A stretch of DNA of 64,000 nt from Bugula neritina (Eukaryota; Animalia; Bryozoa). The stretch lies in NCBI GenBank assembly GCA_964035545.1, contig OZ037770.1, forward strand, positions 1,860,001-1,924,000, read 5' to 3'. This document shows positions 1 to 12,373 of this stretch, in pieces (within the stretch, counting starts at the first letter, position 1; the number at the start of each line of letters is the position of its first letter). The notes under the pieces are model-generated. The model searched no databases. It was not told the origin of the DNA and saw only the letters and a program-made list of their open reading frames with translations. Both the position numbers and the translations under genes were made by a program.

Positions 1-2085
1 AGAACTCAGCAAGAATTTCCAGCCAACGGTACGTGACTTCCGGCTGCAGGAGTGCACACTTGGAGGGCTTCAGCTTCAGTCCAGCTGCCCGGAGACGGTT
101 AAAGACTTCCTGCAGACGACTGACATGAGTCGAAAAGTCTGGGGATATTACGATGACATCGTCCAGATAGATGAGGAGGGTCTTCCAGTGTAATCCACTG
201 AGGACCTGCTCCATGAGCCCTTGGAAAGTTGCCGGGGCGGACGTCAGTCCAAATGGCAGTACTTTCCACTTCCAGAGCCCGTCGCGAGTGATGAATGCTG
301 CTTTGTCCTGGGCATCAGGACTGAGGGGCACTTGCCAGTACCCGCTAAGCAGATCCAAAGTACGGAAGTACTTGCTACCCACGAGGGCATCTAGAGACTC
401 ATCTATCCGTGGGAGAGGGTAGGCATCCTGGATGGTAACGCTGTTGAGTCTGCGGTAGTCCACGCAGAATCTCTCGCTACCATCCTTCTTCTAACCAGGA
501 CTACTGGAGAGCTCCACGCACCGTGGGCAGGCTCAATCAGATCCCGATCGAAAAAATCCTGTACCTGTCGGCTCACCTCCTTCTCTTTCTCCGGGCCTAG
601 ACGCCGGGTGGGCTGCTTGATGGAAGTGGTGCCGGCTGCCAGGGGTATCTCGTGGGAAATAACCTTGGTCAGCCCCATGTTTCCGTCGCCATGGCTAAAG
701 ACATCACTGTACTCTGCGAGTAGTTGAGCCAGTACTTGGCGTTCAGTACTACTCGTACAGTTTTCACATGCTCCACCGTACAGGTCAGCCATATGCTCTG
801 GGACTGCTCCTCAGCTGGGGCGAGGAGGGTTTCCCTGGGTGTCGCCCACTGTTTTCAGTGCCGGACCCACATCCGCCTCCTGGATGGAGTGGTACTTCCC
901 CACCAGCGCTTCGGCCAATAATTGGAGAGGTTCCGTGAAGGGGTTGATACACTGCACGAGGAGCTCTTGCCGACAGTCTAGCCGATTCAGGCTGTTTGCT
1001 AGTCGGGTCGCTCCGTGCGTTCCCTCAACCACTCCCAGGCTGGCGATCTCCTTACAGTTGACTCTGCAGCGGAGCGTTGCCTGTGATCTCCCCAGAACCG
1101 TGCAGTCCTACACTACCTGAACTCCGCCCACCAAGGGCCTGCCAAACTTGTCCACACAAACAAGTTCCCTTCCAGCCATCACCACCATCGACTTCTGGAA
1201 ATCCATGCGACACTGGTGTTTCTCCAGAAACGGCATTCCTAGGATGGCGTCTTCCTTCAGCTGGCTGACTATAAACGTCTCATGAATCACTTGATCACGG
1301 ACGCGTCTAGGTAGCGTAATAACGTCGTAAAAATGGATGCATGATCCGTCCGCCAACGTACCAAGGGTGTCAAAGGGACGCCTACTCAGCAGGTTCGTGG
1401 TGCACCCAGTGTCCAGTAGGAATGTGGCAGCTTTACCCGAAATCTTTCTGGGCAGGAGGTAGCTGCTTCCATATAGCTGGGTGCTCCTGGAGCGGTCAGT
1501 CCCTGGGGGAGACACGAATTGGGTCCGCACAGCAGGCCTCCTCTTTGTCTTAGAGACGACGGGGGTTTTCTGAGGTCGGGAGGGTAGCTTGGGGTACTCT
1601 TGCGAGTGAGCTGAGTTCTCCTCCACAACCTCCTCGAGCAACCCCGCGAACTGGTTCTGGAGTGGCCAGGCCGGAGGATTGGGTAGACCTTGCGGTCTCC
1701 GAGATCTCAGAGGTGCCTGCCATTCTGCGTCTGTTGACTTCGTCCGGGCTTTGAGTGGCATGGCAGGAAGATCGGGCAGACCTCTCGGTCTCCGAGATCT
1801 CCGTGGTGCCTGCCACTCACTATCGGCAAGCTCCATCGAGGTCCTCTCAGTCCTCCTCTGAGCCCTGTCTCAGATGGGATTGGCTTGGGGCCCACGGTTG
1901 GCGGAAGTTACCGTGAGCCTTGGTTGTTTAAAGGCAGATTGCCTTTCGGACAGTGTCTCCGCACATTTCCTGGTGCTCCGCACCCCCAGCAGGTAAGCTG
2001 AGAGGGGCGGGTAGGGTCGTCCCGCACTCGGGGAGCCCGCCTATCCATCTGGCCTCGCTGCAACTCGGTCACCGTAGCCTGCAAG
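1..2085 (-). pseudogene. Disrupted Gypsy gag-pol (gag C-terminus, protease, RT)
   Basis: ORFs 1108-1836, 811-1032 and 403-792 are consecutive pol pieces broken by frameshifts and deletions. Confidence 0.88.
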
Positions 2086-2545
2086 GGTTGAATGGGGTTA
2101 AATGTAACTTAGTGCAGAACAAGAAAGGTTGAGGTAGTAGAGTTCAAAAATGTTTATTGTAGTAAATATAAATAGGTCTTACCCAGGCGAGCTCCAGTAG
2201 TAGACTGAATCTACACTGGAACTCGCCTGCTTTTATACACAGAGAACAAAAGAACATGTAGACAAAAGATCTTTTGTGGTCCGAAATTCGGCAGAGCCGA
2301 AACTCGGACCACAAATTTCCAGTACCAGTATTAATGCAAAACGATAAAATAGCAAAACAAAAGAAAATAACTCCGGAATGCGTATTTCAGCAAAATTACA
2401 TTATGCTGAAAGCTTTAACAGTAATCACAATAATTGGGCATTAGCAAGCTAGCTTACTACAATTACAGCATTCAAAACGATACGCAACAGTAATCACAAT
2501 ACACTCAGTTATTTCAGAACTAATAGAGGATGAGAATCCATTACA
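2086..2545 (-). repeat. 5' LTR of G1 (same LTR family as 56452-56844)
   Basis: TG start, TATAAAAG, AATAAA, and block GGCGAGTTCCAGTGTAGA..CTGGAGCTCGCC shared with 56685-56730; flanked by ATAT. Confidence 0.8.
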
Positions 2546-2880
2546 ATATCACCTCAAAGTTATAGCTATTCCAACAATCTTATTTTTTCACGATTTTGTT
2601 TTGCAGGCTATATTACTTAATAAACAATTAGTTCACATTTATAATCAAACAATATAGTAAAGCAATAAATTTATACAGCATGTTTTTAGATAATAACTTT
2701 TCATTTAAATCATTAAAAGCTAATTTCACTGTATATGAAGCATATGCAGATCTTACTCAGATTGAAAGATTATTCTGTATATAGTTGAACTTAAAGCTCA
2801 ATAAAGTATAAACAACTTATAATCTATACTCAAATTTTGTTCTAGTAAACTACTTTGTGGAAGTCAACACATTCTGGTAC

Positions 2881-2958
2881 CTGATGGAGTTTCAGACGTG
2901 GCTGCTGCAGCACTATTTTTTTCATCAGGAGAGGGTTTTTCTTGTCCTATATTTTTTT
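2881..2958 (-). CDS. Host gene A exon (EKNIGQEKPSPDEKNSAAAATSETPS)
   Basis: ttctag acceptor, gtacca donor, phase 1-1; positional homolog of 46544-46645. Confidence 0.55.
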
Positions 2959-3199
2959 CTAGAAGCAAACATAATTTAAGATACTTTTTTGATGTAGCAT
3001 TTCTGAAAATATCTCTTGCTAAAAAAGGGTATAGAAACTGGTTTCAATTTCCTATTTTAATGCATTAGGCTGATTATTTGACAAAAGCAAATAATAAAGT
3101 TGGCAAAGTTAAATAGATGACAAAAAAGGTTTTGTTTCAAGTTGCTCAGCTTTGAGAAATATAGGCTGAATAAATCTTTGCTGATGGTTTCCACTATGC

Positions 3200-3474
<275 letters not shown>

Positions 3475-3627
3475 TCATCAAAGAATTTTAAAAAATCTAA
3501 AACAATGCTTCACAAAGATTGAAATATATTGGTAAATTTCTTTTCAACGATCATTTGTGTAAGCAAGATCATGCAAAAAGTATTCTGCATTACTGCTAAA
3601 AGTCTTTTAAAATATATTGTCCTTTAC

Positions 3628-3840
3628 CTGTTAATTTAGCAACCATAAGACTCATTGTTTCAATTTCCTGATTTTTAGTGGGTTGCCTTGTAACATCAGG
3701 TACTTCTGAAATTTCCTGTTGAATGTCCAGACGAGCGAAGTCAATCTTAATAGATTGATTATTATCAAGTTGGTTTCCAGCTTCATATAGTTTAGGAAAT
3801 TGTTCTGCTTTGCTTGCAGGTTCAGGTTTGGTCAATGTTT
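3628..3840 (-). CDS. Host gene A exon (ETLTKPEPASKAEQ...)
   Basis: cattcag acceptor, gtaaag donor, open frame; homologous to 46804-47013. Confidence 0.7.
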
Positions 3841-3943
3841 CTGAATGACAAAAAGTTAGGTTCATCATTTGTGCAGTTGAAAACTGAAATGCATTTATTC
3901 AATATCTCATGTTTCTATATGGCAAAAGAAATATACACTGCAC

Positions 3944-4042
3944 CTGCACCTTCAGTTAGCTCCTTTGACTTGCAGTGATCAATAACAACCGCAGATATGA
4001 TGACTCCAGCCATAACTTGCGGAGGTGTGTATTCTGCATCAC
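3944..4042 (-). CDS. Host gene A exon (GDAEYTPPQVMAGVIISAVV...)
   Basis: 99 bp, tttag acceptor, gtgcag donor; near-identical peptide at 47116-47214. Confidence 0.8.
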
Positions 4043-4276
4043 CTAAAAATAAAATCTGTTAAAGCACCTGCATAATTATATTGTGTAGTTTAATTTCATA
4101 TTTTATCTTATCATAAAATATAAAAGATAAGCGATTTTTTGCTTTTAGACATGTAACATGGACACACATGCAATACTGTTTTTTTGAATTTTTCCAAGCA
4201 TCTATTATGTTTTATTATCATTTCATTCTTTTTCAGAGTTATTATGTCTTCAAATTGCAAAAATATGTCAACTAAC

Positions 4277-4829
4277 CTAAAGGATTTGCTTTCTGATACC
4301 ATCTACACAAGGCATCAGATTTCAGTAAAGGAAGTCTCTTTGTTGTACTTGGCAAATCAATAAGCACCTTGAGCTGTGAGGGTGCTTGAAAACTTGCTTC
4401 CTTTTCAACCAAACTTGCATACTCGTAGAAATCTAAATACACAGCAATTTTGATACCATCCAGCAAGTTTTTGAGGAATCCTTTTATCTCCTCTTCCTCT
4501 TCAATGGTTAATTCTTCTTCCAATAAATCGTTCGGTAGCGCAAGAACCTTTTCATAAAAACCTTTGTTGAAAAAAGCATTTTGCAGCTTTTTAATATGAT
4601 CTCCTTTAAAGACACCTTTTAGAAAGTTTCTTCTGCTAGCGTAGTCAGCAAACCATACAATTCCTTTGATGCATTCTATATAGGCTTCCTTTAAAATCCA
4701 TTTGATATCTAAAAACGCTTTCTTAGCACTTTCTTCCGTTATTTGCCTAGCAGAAACATCTCGAAGAGCTTGAGCAATCTCCAGAACTTGTCGAGTCCAA
4801 TATTTTGAATTGTTTTCTCCAATGACTTC
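4277..4829 (-). CDS. Host gene A main exon, uncharacterised probably helical protein
   Basis: 553 bp open frame EVIGENN...WYQKANPL bounded by cacag and gttagt; about three-quarters amino-acid identity by eye to 47464-48022. Confidence 0.88.
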
Positions 4830-5579
4830 CTGTGATAAAAATCAAATAAATAGAAAGACAACTGTGTAAAAGTTCCTTTTTTCAAAATGCATAATTGTGT
4901 GTAGTCATAATGTCATGTTAAACTGGCATAGTTGGTTTCACTTTTGATTAGAAGTGTATCAGCAAAACTTCAAATTATGTATAGCTTCAGTTAAAAAAGT
5001 TGAATTGTTAAAAATTATTTTAATTTTTTTTAATATGACTAGAGAACGTACTGCTGTTGGGCCCAGCCAACAAAAACTCTGATGGAATAGTTTTGAATAA
5101 ACTATAATTTATCGAATTATCTGCGATGGCAACAAAAGTTTTTTGGGCTAAGCACTTTTTAATGATTTTTTTTGCAATTATTGAACAAAAAACTGTATAG
5201 TTAGTAATTTTAAGGCTTAAAAGATATATACCTCTACTTTCAAAATTCTTTATTTCAGCTTCTTTCTATTAAAATTTAATGTGGTAAATGTGAAGCATCC
5301 ATACTTCATTATATTATCAACAAATTAGAAAGTGCATTATATAGGGCAAAAGCAACAAAAAGAATAATAAACAACTTCAGCTTAATTATGGTCTTCCCAC
5401 AATTAAAAATCAGTTGAAACTGTGTTTTTTCAGAGACTTTTATATTACTTGAGAAACAGAAAAATTAAAGATAGTATTGCTATCTGATATTAAAATTTGA
5501 ATCTTTACAGCTTAAATTTCTATGAAGAAAAAAATGCCATTATAATTGTGAGGCTAACTGCTTTTATAAATAACTGTTA

Positions 5580-6100
5580 CACAGGGTAGATAAGGTCACC
5601 CTCACTAAGAAATCACAAACTTCTTCTACAATGTAGCTTTAGTTGTTGTATGATGTTGCACAGCTAGCTTAAGGTTCAGGGACCGCTTATGATAATATAA
5701 TAATGCTCTGTGGATGGTACGAAAACTGCTTACTAGCTTGTAATAGTTTAGCCTGATGTTAAACTATGACCAACAAACAGCAGCCTCAATTAGGGCTGTA
5801 TCATTTCTCAACGTTCAAATGGGCAGCTCCATAAATTGAACATATGCAGCAAGCTAGTTACTAGCACATCCCTAGAAATGTACATGTCAGTAATTTCTCA
5901 ACACCAAGCATAAGACTACACAGTGCATAATTTCTTGGATGAAAATTTGCACCACAATTAGAAAAAGGTGTACACTGTACAATGTCCCTCAGCAGTGAAA
6001 TCAAAAACTACCAGCTAATAATAATTGTGTTTAACTTTTCTGCTCACCTTTTTTCTATAGCTAAATGTTTGACATAAATTAAATTCTTATTGTTAAATCT
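5580..6100 (+). mobile_element. Old, degenerate relative of the CACAGGATAG MITE family
   Basis: TA followed by CACAGGGTAGATAAGGTCA, with internal similarity (AGCAGCCTCAATTAGGGCTG) to 55543-56301. Confidence 0.55.
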
Positions 6101-6696
6101 CAGTTTGTTTTCAGGGTATACTGGGTTACAATTCAGCCGGGATGTCACCAAAGATGGCGGTCATTTGCTGCTACTGCGTACGGCATGGCAATGTGTGAGC
6201 AGCGCGGGTTACAATGGATGCACACATATAAACGGACCATGGTGCACCAGCCCTAAGTTGCTGTAAAGAGGAACTAGTTTGACTAAGGAGTTGCATTCAT
6301 GCTATCAATTATGCAGTTTATTCTTTCTTGTAATGTTGTACTTGCTATTGTATAATTCGCATATAAAGAATCTTTCTCTATACTCGATACTCTAAATTGT
6401 TAATCTGCAAGCCTTTTGTCTTAAATACCCACACTTATTGTGAACTACCAGCCATGCAATAAGGCAATGAAGACAGAAAATATTTGCACTTGCTGTTCAG
6501 CATTCTCAACTGTGTGTATTTGTGTACAGTAGACACCCTTAAACAAGACAGTTCCAGCTAAAAGTTTGCCTTTTTGATCTATATCCTGTTTAGTTGGATA
6601 AAGGTTTATTGTTATGAGATATGCATTATAAATGCAAACTAAATTTTGCTCACATATGCAAATCATTGAATTGTTGCCGGTTTTTTAGTGACTCAC

Positions 6697-6843
6697 CTCT
6701 CCTCGTCCATTTGCATACTGATTTATCCTTGCGCCTATGTCTGCTAAAATCCTGTTTCTGTTTTGCTTGTTTGGTTCACTCAAACGCAAAGCAACAACAA
6801 CTCTTGCAACCGAAAATCGAAGTTTATGGAGAACTTTGGCTAC
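6697..6843 (-). CDS. Host gene A upstream exon (VAKVLHKLRFSVARVVVALRL...)
   Basis: 147 bp, ccag acceptor, gtgagt donor, phase 0-0; homolog at 54356-54502. Confidence 0.8.
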
Positions 6844-7117
6844 CTGGTAAAATAAACAAAACACAGCAATTTGTCAGTATATTGTCAAGTTAGCAAATAT
6901 AGTGAGAAGATAAAATAGGTTTTGTATTTTACGAACAGTCCACTTAATTGCGGCAGACACTTTTAATGTTTTAGACTGCCGTTTCTGAAAGAATTGTACT
7001 CTGTGTTTAGTTTTTTGGGATCTTTCAGGCAACTGAAAAAAATATAAGTGATTAATTAGATTGTATACGAGATCATATATTTAAATTGTTAGTCATTTTA
7101 CATAATAATTTACTACT

Positions 7118-7142
7118 ATCTCTCTCTCTCTCTTTCTCTCTC

Positions 7143-7200
<58 letters not shown>
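7118..7200. repeat. (CT)n microsatellite
   Basis: Direct reading. Confidence 0.95.
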
Positions 7201-7203
<3 letters not shown>

Positions 7204-7671
7204 ATCCCTACGTGCCCAGTAAAGCGTGAAGTACTGCGCGCTGCTAATTTTCTATGAAAAATTATGGCATTTTCAGTGTATAAATCACCAATTTGTGGGT
7301 AATCTAAAAGAGTTAATGGAAAAAAAAAAAATAGCTCTGGAGAAATATCTCAGGATTCCAGCGGTGCAATTTTTATTCAGATATCATGTTTTGCTGCTGA
7401 GATATTTTACTGGTACTGAAAAGTTAGCTTTTCAGGCAAAATTGGCCAAAATTGGGCCGTTTTTTGTCTATAACTTTGCAAAAAAAATGAAAATTGAAAT
7501 TTCCAAAAAAGTTGCACTGAGGAAAATGAAGATCTACAACATACTTTTTCAATTTTTACTCTAGCACAATTAGGTGAGATTTTATTTTACTGGTACTGAA
7601 TTCTTATATGATTACAATGCAAACCTCAGCAAGCCAGTTGCAGCTAAAAGGTTGCTCTTAACTATCCTGTG
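7199..7671 (+). mobile_element. Right half of TA-target MITE
   Basis: Highly similar to 55828-56301; ends CTTAACTATCCTGTG then TA. Confidence 0.9.
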
Positions 7672-7782
7672 TAACTATAACATACACGAATCCTCACGTC
7701 TAATATAATTGTAAAAAATTTAACAGTGGTGGCAGCAATGGGATTACTGTATATTAGCACGAATGCAACCTAACTGACGACC

Positions 7783-8682
7783 ATGACAAAGATGGCGAGA
7801 GAACCAGCTCGTCAAAGAGAAGGTGAGCCTGATATTACAGTAACCCAAGAGGGCCCAGTGTTACGAGGAGAAGAGGCTTATCAGTACCGATTGAAAGCCC
7901 CCACCTTTAGTGGGTCGGAAGATGTGGAATAATTCATACAAGAATTTAGAGAGGTAATAGACCTCGCTCAATGGCCATCCAGAGTGGCCCTTATTCAACT
8001 ACGGAGAGCATTGACGGAACAGGCCAAGCCGTACGGGCTAGGAACTAACATACACCGGATCTTTGCTGCGCTACGGGCCCTTTTCAGCATCTCTGCAGTA
8101 GACGCCAGGGCCTGCTTAAAGAGCTTGTGCCGCACTCCGCGGACCTCTTTACAAGAGCATGCCGCTACGGTGAAGAGACTGGCACAGATCGCGTACGGCG
8201 ATTTACTAGCACAACACCAAGAGCGCTATACCTATGATGCTTTTGTCCAGTCATTGAATGACTTGGGTCTACACCACCAATTGCAAGCCAAAGGAGTAAC
8301 TACGGTGGAGGACGCCCTAGAAGCTGGAGAGGTTTACCTATTGGCTACCCAACTATATAGAGGACAAGGAAACCCACCACCAGTTGGAGTTAACGCCACA
8401 GAAGGAAACGCAGCGCCACGATCTCTCTCTCAGGCCACAATGGTTCCGAAAGTTCCCCCTTTGGACGCCGAGGTAAACCGCATGGTGGGGATGCTGGAAC
8501 AGCTGGTAGCGATTCTCGCTCACGCCGGCCCCAGCCAGGCCCCGCGGTTGCCTATGGCATCTGCGATGCCAGGTTGGGGAGGTGGTGGTCAGAATCACCC
8601 TCAGAGCGGACGCCCCCAAGATAAAAGAGCGTTAAACTGTCACGGCCCGCGGACGCCTTCCCTCTCCGCGGGCCGAGACTGA
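7783..8682 (+). pseudogene. gag: G2 gag (one in-frame stop at 7930)
   Basis: ATG 7783 is in frame with ORF 7984-8682; APTFSG..DVE*FIQEF homologous to the other gags in this window. Confidence 0.85.
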
Positions 8683-11600
8683 AGAAACATGGCGGGACAC
8701 GCCGCCGACCGTCGGTACAGACGCGACGGTATGCTCCCCATGAGTGGCAGGTAACACGCAGGACCAGCCGACCACCACGGCGGCCAGGTACCTTCTCCCT
8801 GCCACTCGCACCGTACCAGGACGCTCTCGGGCCACTATCTACTGCCGAGTGAACAATAACCGGATCTCTAGACTCCGGGTAGTTGAAGGAGCGCACGAAA
8901 GAATCCAACTTGCCAGCAGTTTAAACCAACTGACTGAGCGAGGAGAGATTTTGGTGCAGTGCATAAACCCTTCTACTGAGTTCATCAAGCTACCAGCTGG
9001 GTTCATGCTGGGCCGGTTTCACTCTATCTAAGAGGAGGAAGTGGGCCCGTCGCTGGGATATGCGACGGAGGAACTCCCTCGACGCCCTCAAAGGGGCGAG
9101 GGGCTGTCCCAACAGACATCCGGGAGTTATATGCGACAGCTTGTGGTGGCTGTGCAAGTAACGAGGAACGCCAGATAATGGCGAAGTTGCTACGCGACTA
9201 CGGTGATGTGTTCAGTAGCGGAGATCACGGCGTGGGACTGACTGGAGCTGTCAGACACGAGATACCGCTGACTGCAGGGACAGTCCCTATTCCGCAACCC
9301 ACACGCAGGTTAGGGCCGGAGAAGGAGGTCAGCCAACAAGTCCAGGATTTTTTGGACCGCGGCCTCATTGAGCCAGCCCACAGTGCGTGGAGCTCCCCGG
9401 TCGTATTGGTCTGGAAGAAAGACGGATGTTGGCGGTTCTGTGTGGTCTACCGCAAGCTCAATAGCGTGACCATGCAGGATGCTTACCCTCTACCTCGTAT
9501 TGATGAATCACTGGACGCCCTAGCCGGCAGCAAGTACTTCAATACGTTAGACTTGTTGAGCGTTTACTGGCAAGTTCCTCTGAGTCCCGACGCCCAGGAG
9601 ACGGCGGCGTTTATCACACAGGACGGACTGTGAAAGTGAAAGGTGCTGCCCTTCGGGCTAACCTCCGCCCCGGCCACCTTTCAGAGGCTGATGGAGCAAG
9701 TTCTCAGCGGACTCCACTGGAAAACACTGCTGATCTACCTCGATGATATCTTCGTGATCTCCCCAGACTTTGAGACACATGTCAGTCGTCTGCGGGAGGT
9801 TTTCGACAGACTCCGAGGTGCCGGTCTGAAGTGTCGGTCGGTCGAAACGGCGTGGCAACGAATCTCGAAAAGGTACGGGCGATAGAAGACTGGGTCACCC
9901 CCCAAGACTTGACCGGACTCCGGGCTTTCTTGGGTCTCGTAGAGTATTACAGGCAATACATACCAGACTTTGCAGAGATAGCACAGCGGTAAAACCGGCT
10001 CACCGCAAAGGGGGTGACGTGGCAGTGGGCCCCGGTCAAACAAGGAGCGTTCGACCGCCTCAAGGGTTGCCTACTGACGGCACCCATCTTGGCCTACTCA
10101 GATTCTACTTTGGAGTACATTCTCGACACAGACGCCAGTGACCAGAATGTTGGCGCTGTGCTGTCCCAAGTGCAGGAAGGCCGAGAAGTAATAGTAGCTT
10201 ATTACAGCAAGTCTCTCTCACCCGCTGAACGAAATTACTGCACTACCCGCAAAGAGTTGCTGGCAGTAATCAAGTCAGTGAAGCACTTCAGACCATACCT
10301 GTACGGCAGGAAGTTCCGGCTGCGTACGGATCATGCCTCCCTGATCTGGTTGTGCAAGAGAGCCGAACTGTCCAGACAGGTCGCCCGATGGCTCGAAGTG
10401 CTACCTGAGTTCTCCCACCGGATCGAACACCAGCCGGGCAGGAAGCACAGCAATGGGGATGATTTGAGCCGCCGACCTGGTGGAGGTTGCAAGCAGTGTC
10501 TCAACATTGAGAGAAGGGACGGAGGTCCCCCACAATGAGAATTAGAGACACTGGCTCACCACGGAGCACAGTTTGACTGGGACCAGGGTCAACTCAAACG
10601 GAAGGTTGACGAGCCCCCGTAGGTTGTACAAAACCTCCGCGCCAACCCTGTTTTGGCCGATAATGTCCGGGAGCTGAAGAAGCTTCAAGAAGAGCTGCCT
10701 GGAGTAGTGGCAGGCGTATATCGGGCCAAAGAGGAAGGGCGACAACCCAGCGAGGAACAACTACGGCAGGGATGCGCCGAGTTCCGGCTATTCTGCCAGC
10801 GTTGGGACTCGCTAAGGATTGGGCAGGATGGTCTGCTGATCATTTCTCAAGCTGCCAGCAGTAGACACCCGTAGAAGAAGAGAGTGGTCTGTCTCACTGC
10901 CATATGCCGTGAGTTGATTTGGGACACTCACAAGCAGGCTCACGCAGGAGTCAAGAGAGTGATCTCCAAATTGCAACTCCGGTGGTATTGGCCCAAAATG
11001 GAGCGTGACACTCGACTCAGAGTAAAGCAGTGTTAAATCTGCAAGGCCAGCAAGCATGGCTATCTCCCTGGTGAAGCAGGACGGCGGAGGTTATATGCTG
11101 AAATGCCATGGCAAGTAGTAGCTATCGACCTGGTCGGACCCATGCCCCTAACCCTCAGAGACAATAGTTAGATCTTAGTATTGACCGACCACTTTACGAG
11201 GTGGGCGGACGCTATGGCTATCCCAGATGCGTCAGCCCCGACAGTGGCCAGGGTGCTAGACCAACATGCATTCTGTTACTTCGGTCTCCCCGAACAGATA
11301 CACTCTGATCAAGGCGTTCAGTTCTAGTCTCAACTGATGAGCGACCTTTGCCGCCTCTGGGAATTAAATCAAAGTAGGACCACCCCCACCATCTCCAAGG
11401 TAACGGGGTGGTGGAGCGCAATAACTGGATGCTAGGTGATGCGCTCCGGAGTCTACTCCTCGGACGCAGTCAGGAGGAATGGGATACGGTGTTGCCGCAA
11501 GTCATGCGCGCAGACCGTAGCACCCCACAAACCAGTACTGGTGAGACCCCAAACCTTTTGACGCTCGGGAGAGAGACTCGTGTTCCCGACCATCTTACCT

Positions 11601-12373
11601 ACCGCGTTCCAGAGCAAGACAGCTCGATTCACGAGTATGCCAGCGAACTAGTGGAACGGATGAGGGTCGCACACGAAATGCTGCGAGAAAAGCAGTGGCA
11701 GGTACGGCGCAAGGATTCCAAGGAACCACCCCTCTATCAAACAGGAGATTGGGTGTGGATGGTCAATTACCGTAGGCGTCGCGCACAGGCAGCTACGTTA
11801 CAGCCTAAGTTCGTGAGACCCTACGTGATAGTCGAGGCTATGCCCAACCATACCTACAAGATCGAGCGCTCAGGACAGGTGTCCATCCAAAATGAGGCTT
11901 GCTTGAAGCCGTACTGGGCTAGCCCAGACGCAATGGGAGAAGCCCCTCTATTGTTGGAGCTCAGGAGGCAGACGACAATGCGTGGGCAACGGCGGCATGG
12001 ACCTGAGTATAAAGTGGTCATTCCGCAAAAAGAAGACTTTGTACGAGGCGAGCGACCGCTTTTACCTACAGAAGTGCATCCGCCGCCTCCTATACCAAGT
12101 CTGATTCCATCACTTCCAGAAACCGAGCCGGTTCTGGAAGTGCAAACCCCCACGAAGGGAGGGGCTCCATTCGGAGAGCAGGAATAAATAACTACTACTG
12201 GTGAATTAGAAGCGCCATCAGAAGCCCCTGCTGATCCACCGGTGAGTGCGTCATCTCCCTTGGAGTGTGGACAACGTACGAGGCAACCCCCATCATATTT
12301 AAAAGATTTCGTATGTGACTGCTTCCAAAGCAGCACGTATGAAAGTCTGGGGGAAAACCGTACAGAGAAATAA
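8640..12373 (+). pseudogene. pol: G2 pol (protease deleted; RT, RNase H and integrase with stops and frameshifts)
   Basis: YLDDI, DTDAS..VGAVLSQ, ERNYCTTRKELLAV, HSDQG, GVVERNN and a GPY/F-like module; no LLDTG motif. Confidence 0.9.

Larger units (their letters stand above)
1..2545 (-). mobile_element. Gypsy element G1, internally deleted; 3' part runs off the window
   Basis: On the minus strand: LTR starting TGTAATGG at 2545, gag knuckle CWGCGAPGNVRRHC (~1950-1995), protease LLDTGCTTNLL, RT motifs [18 protein letters not shown] and YLDDVI. The LTR is fused directly to the gag C-terminus near 2086, and RT is fused to the end of RNase H near position 30. Confidence 0.92.

Noticed and set aside
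2749-2790. Conserved GATCTTACTCAGAT donor-like site (also at 46439) suggesting a micro-exon
   Set aside because: Candidate exons give in-frame stops or inconsistent phase between the paralogs; cannot be supported without RNA data.
6115-6450. Possible decayed solo LTR
   Set aside because: Only weak similarity to the end of the G4 LTR; termini and TSD unclear.
7226-7564. Recurrent ~100-aa ORF (also at 40201, 55904 and 58527) looking like a gene family
   Set aside because: It lies inside MITE copies, has variable starts and ends and no transposase motif; the similarity reflects DNA repeat identity.
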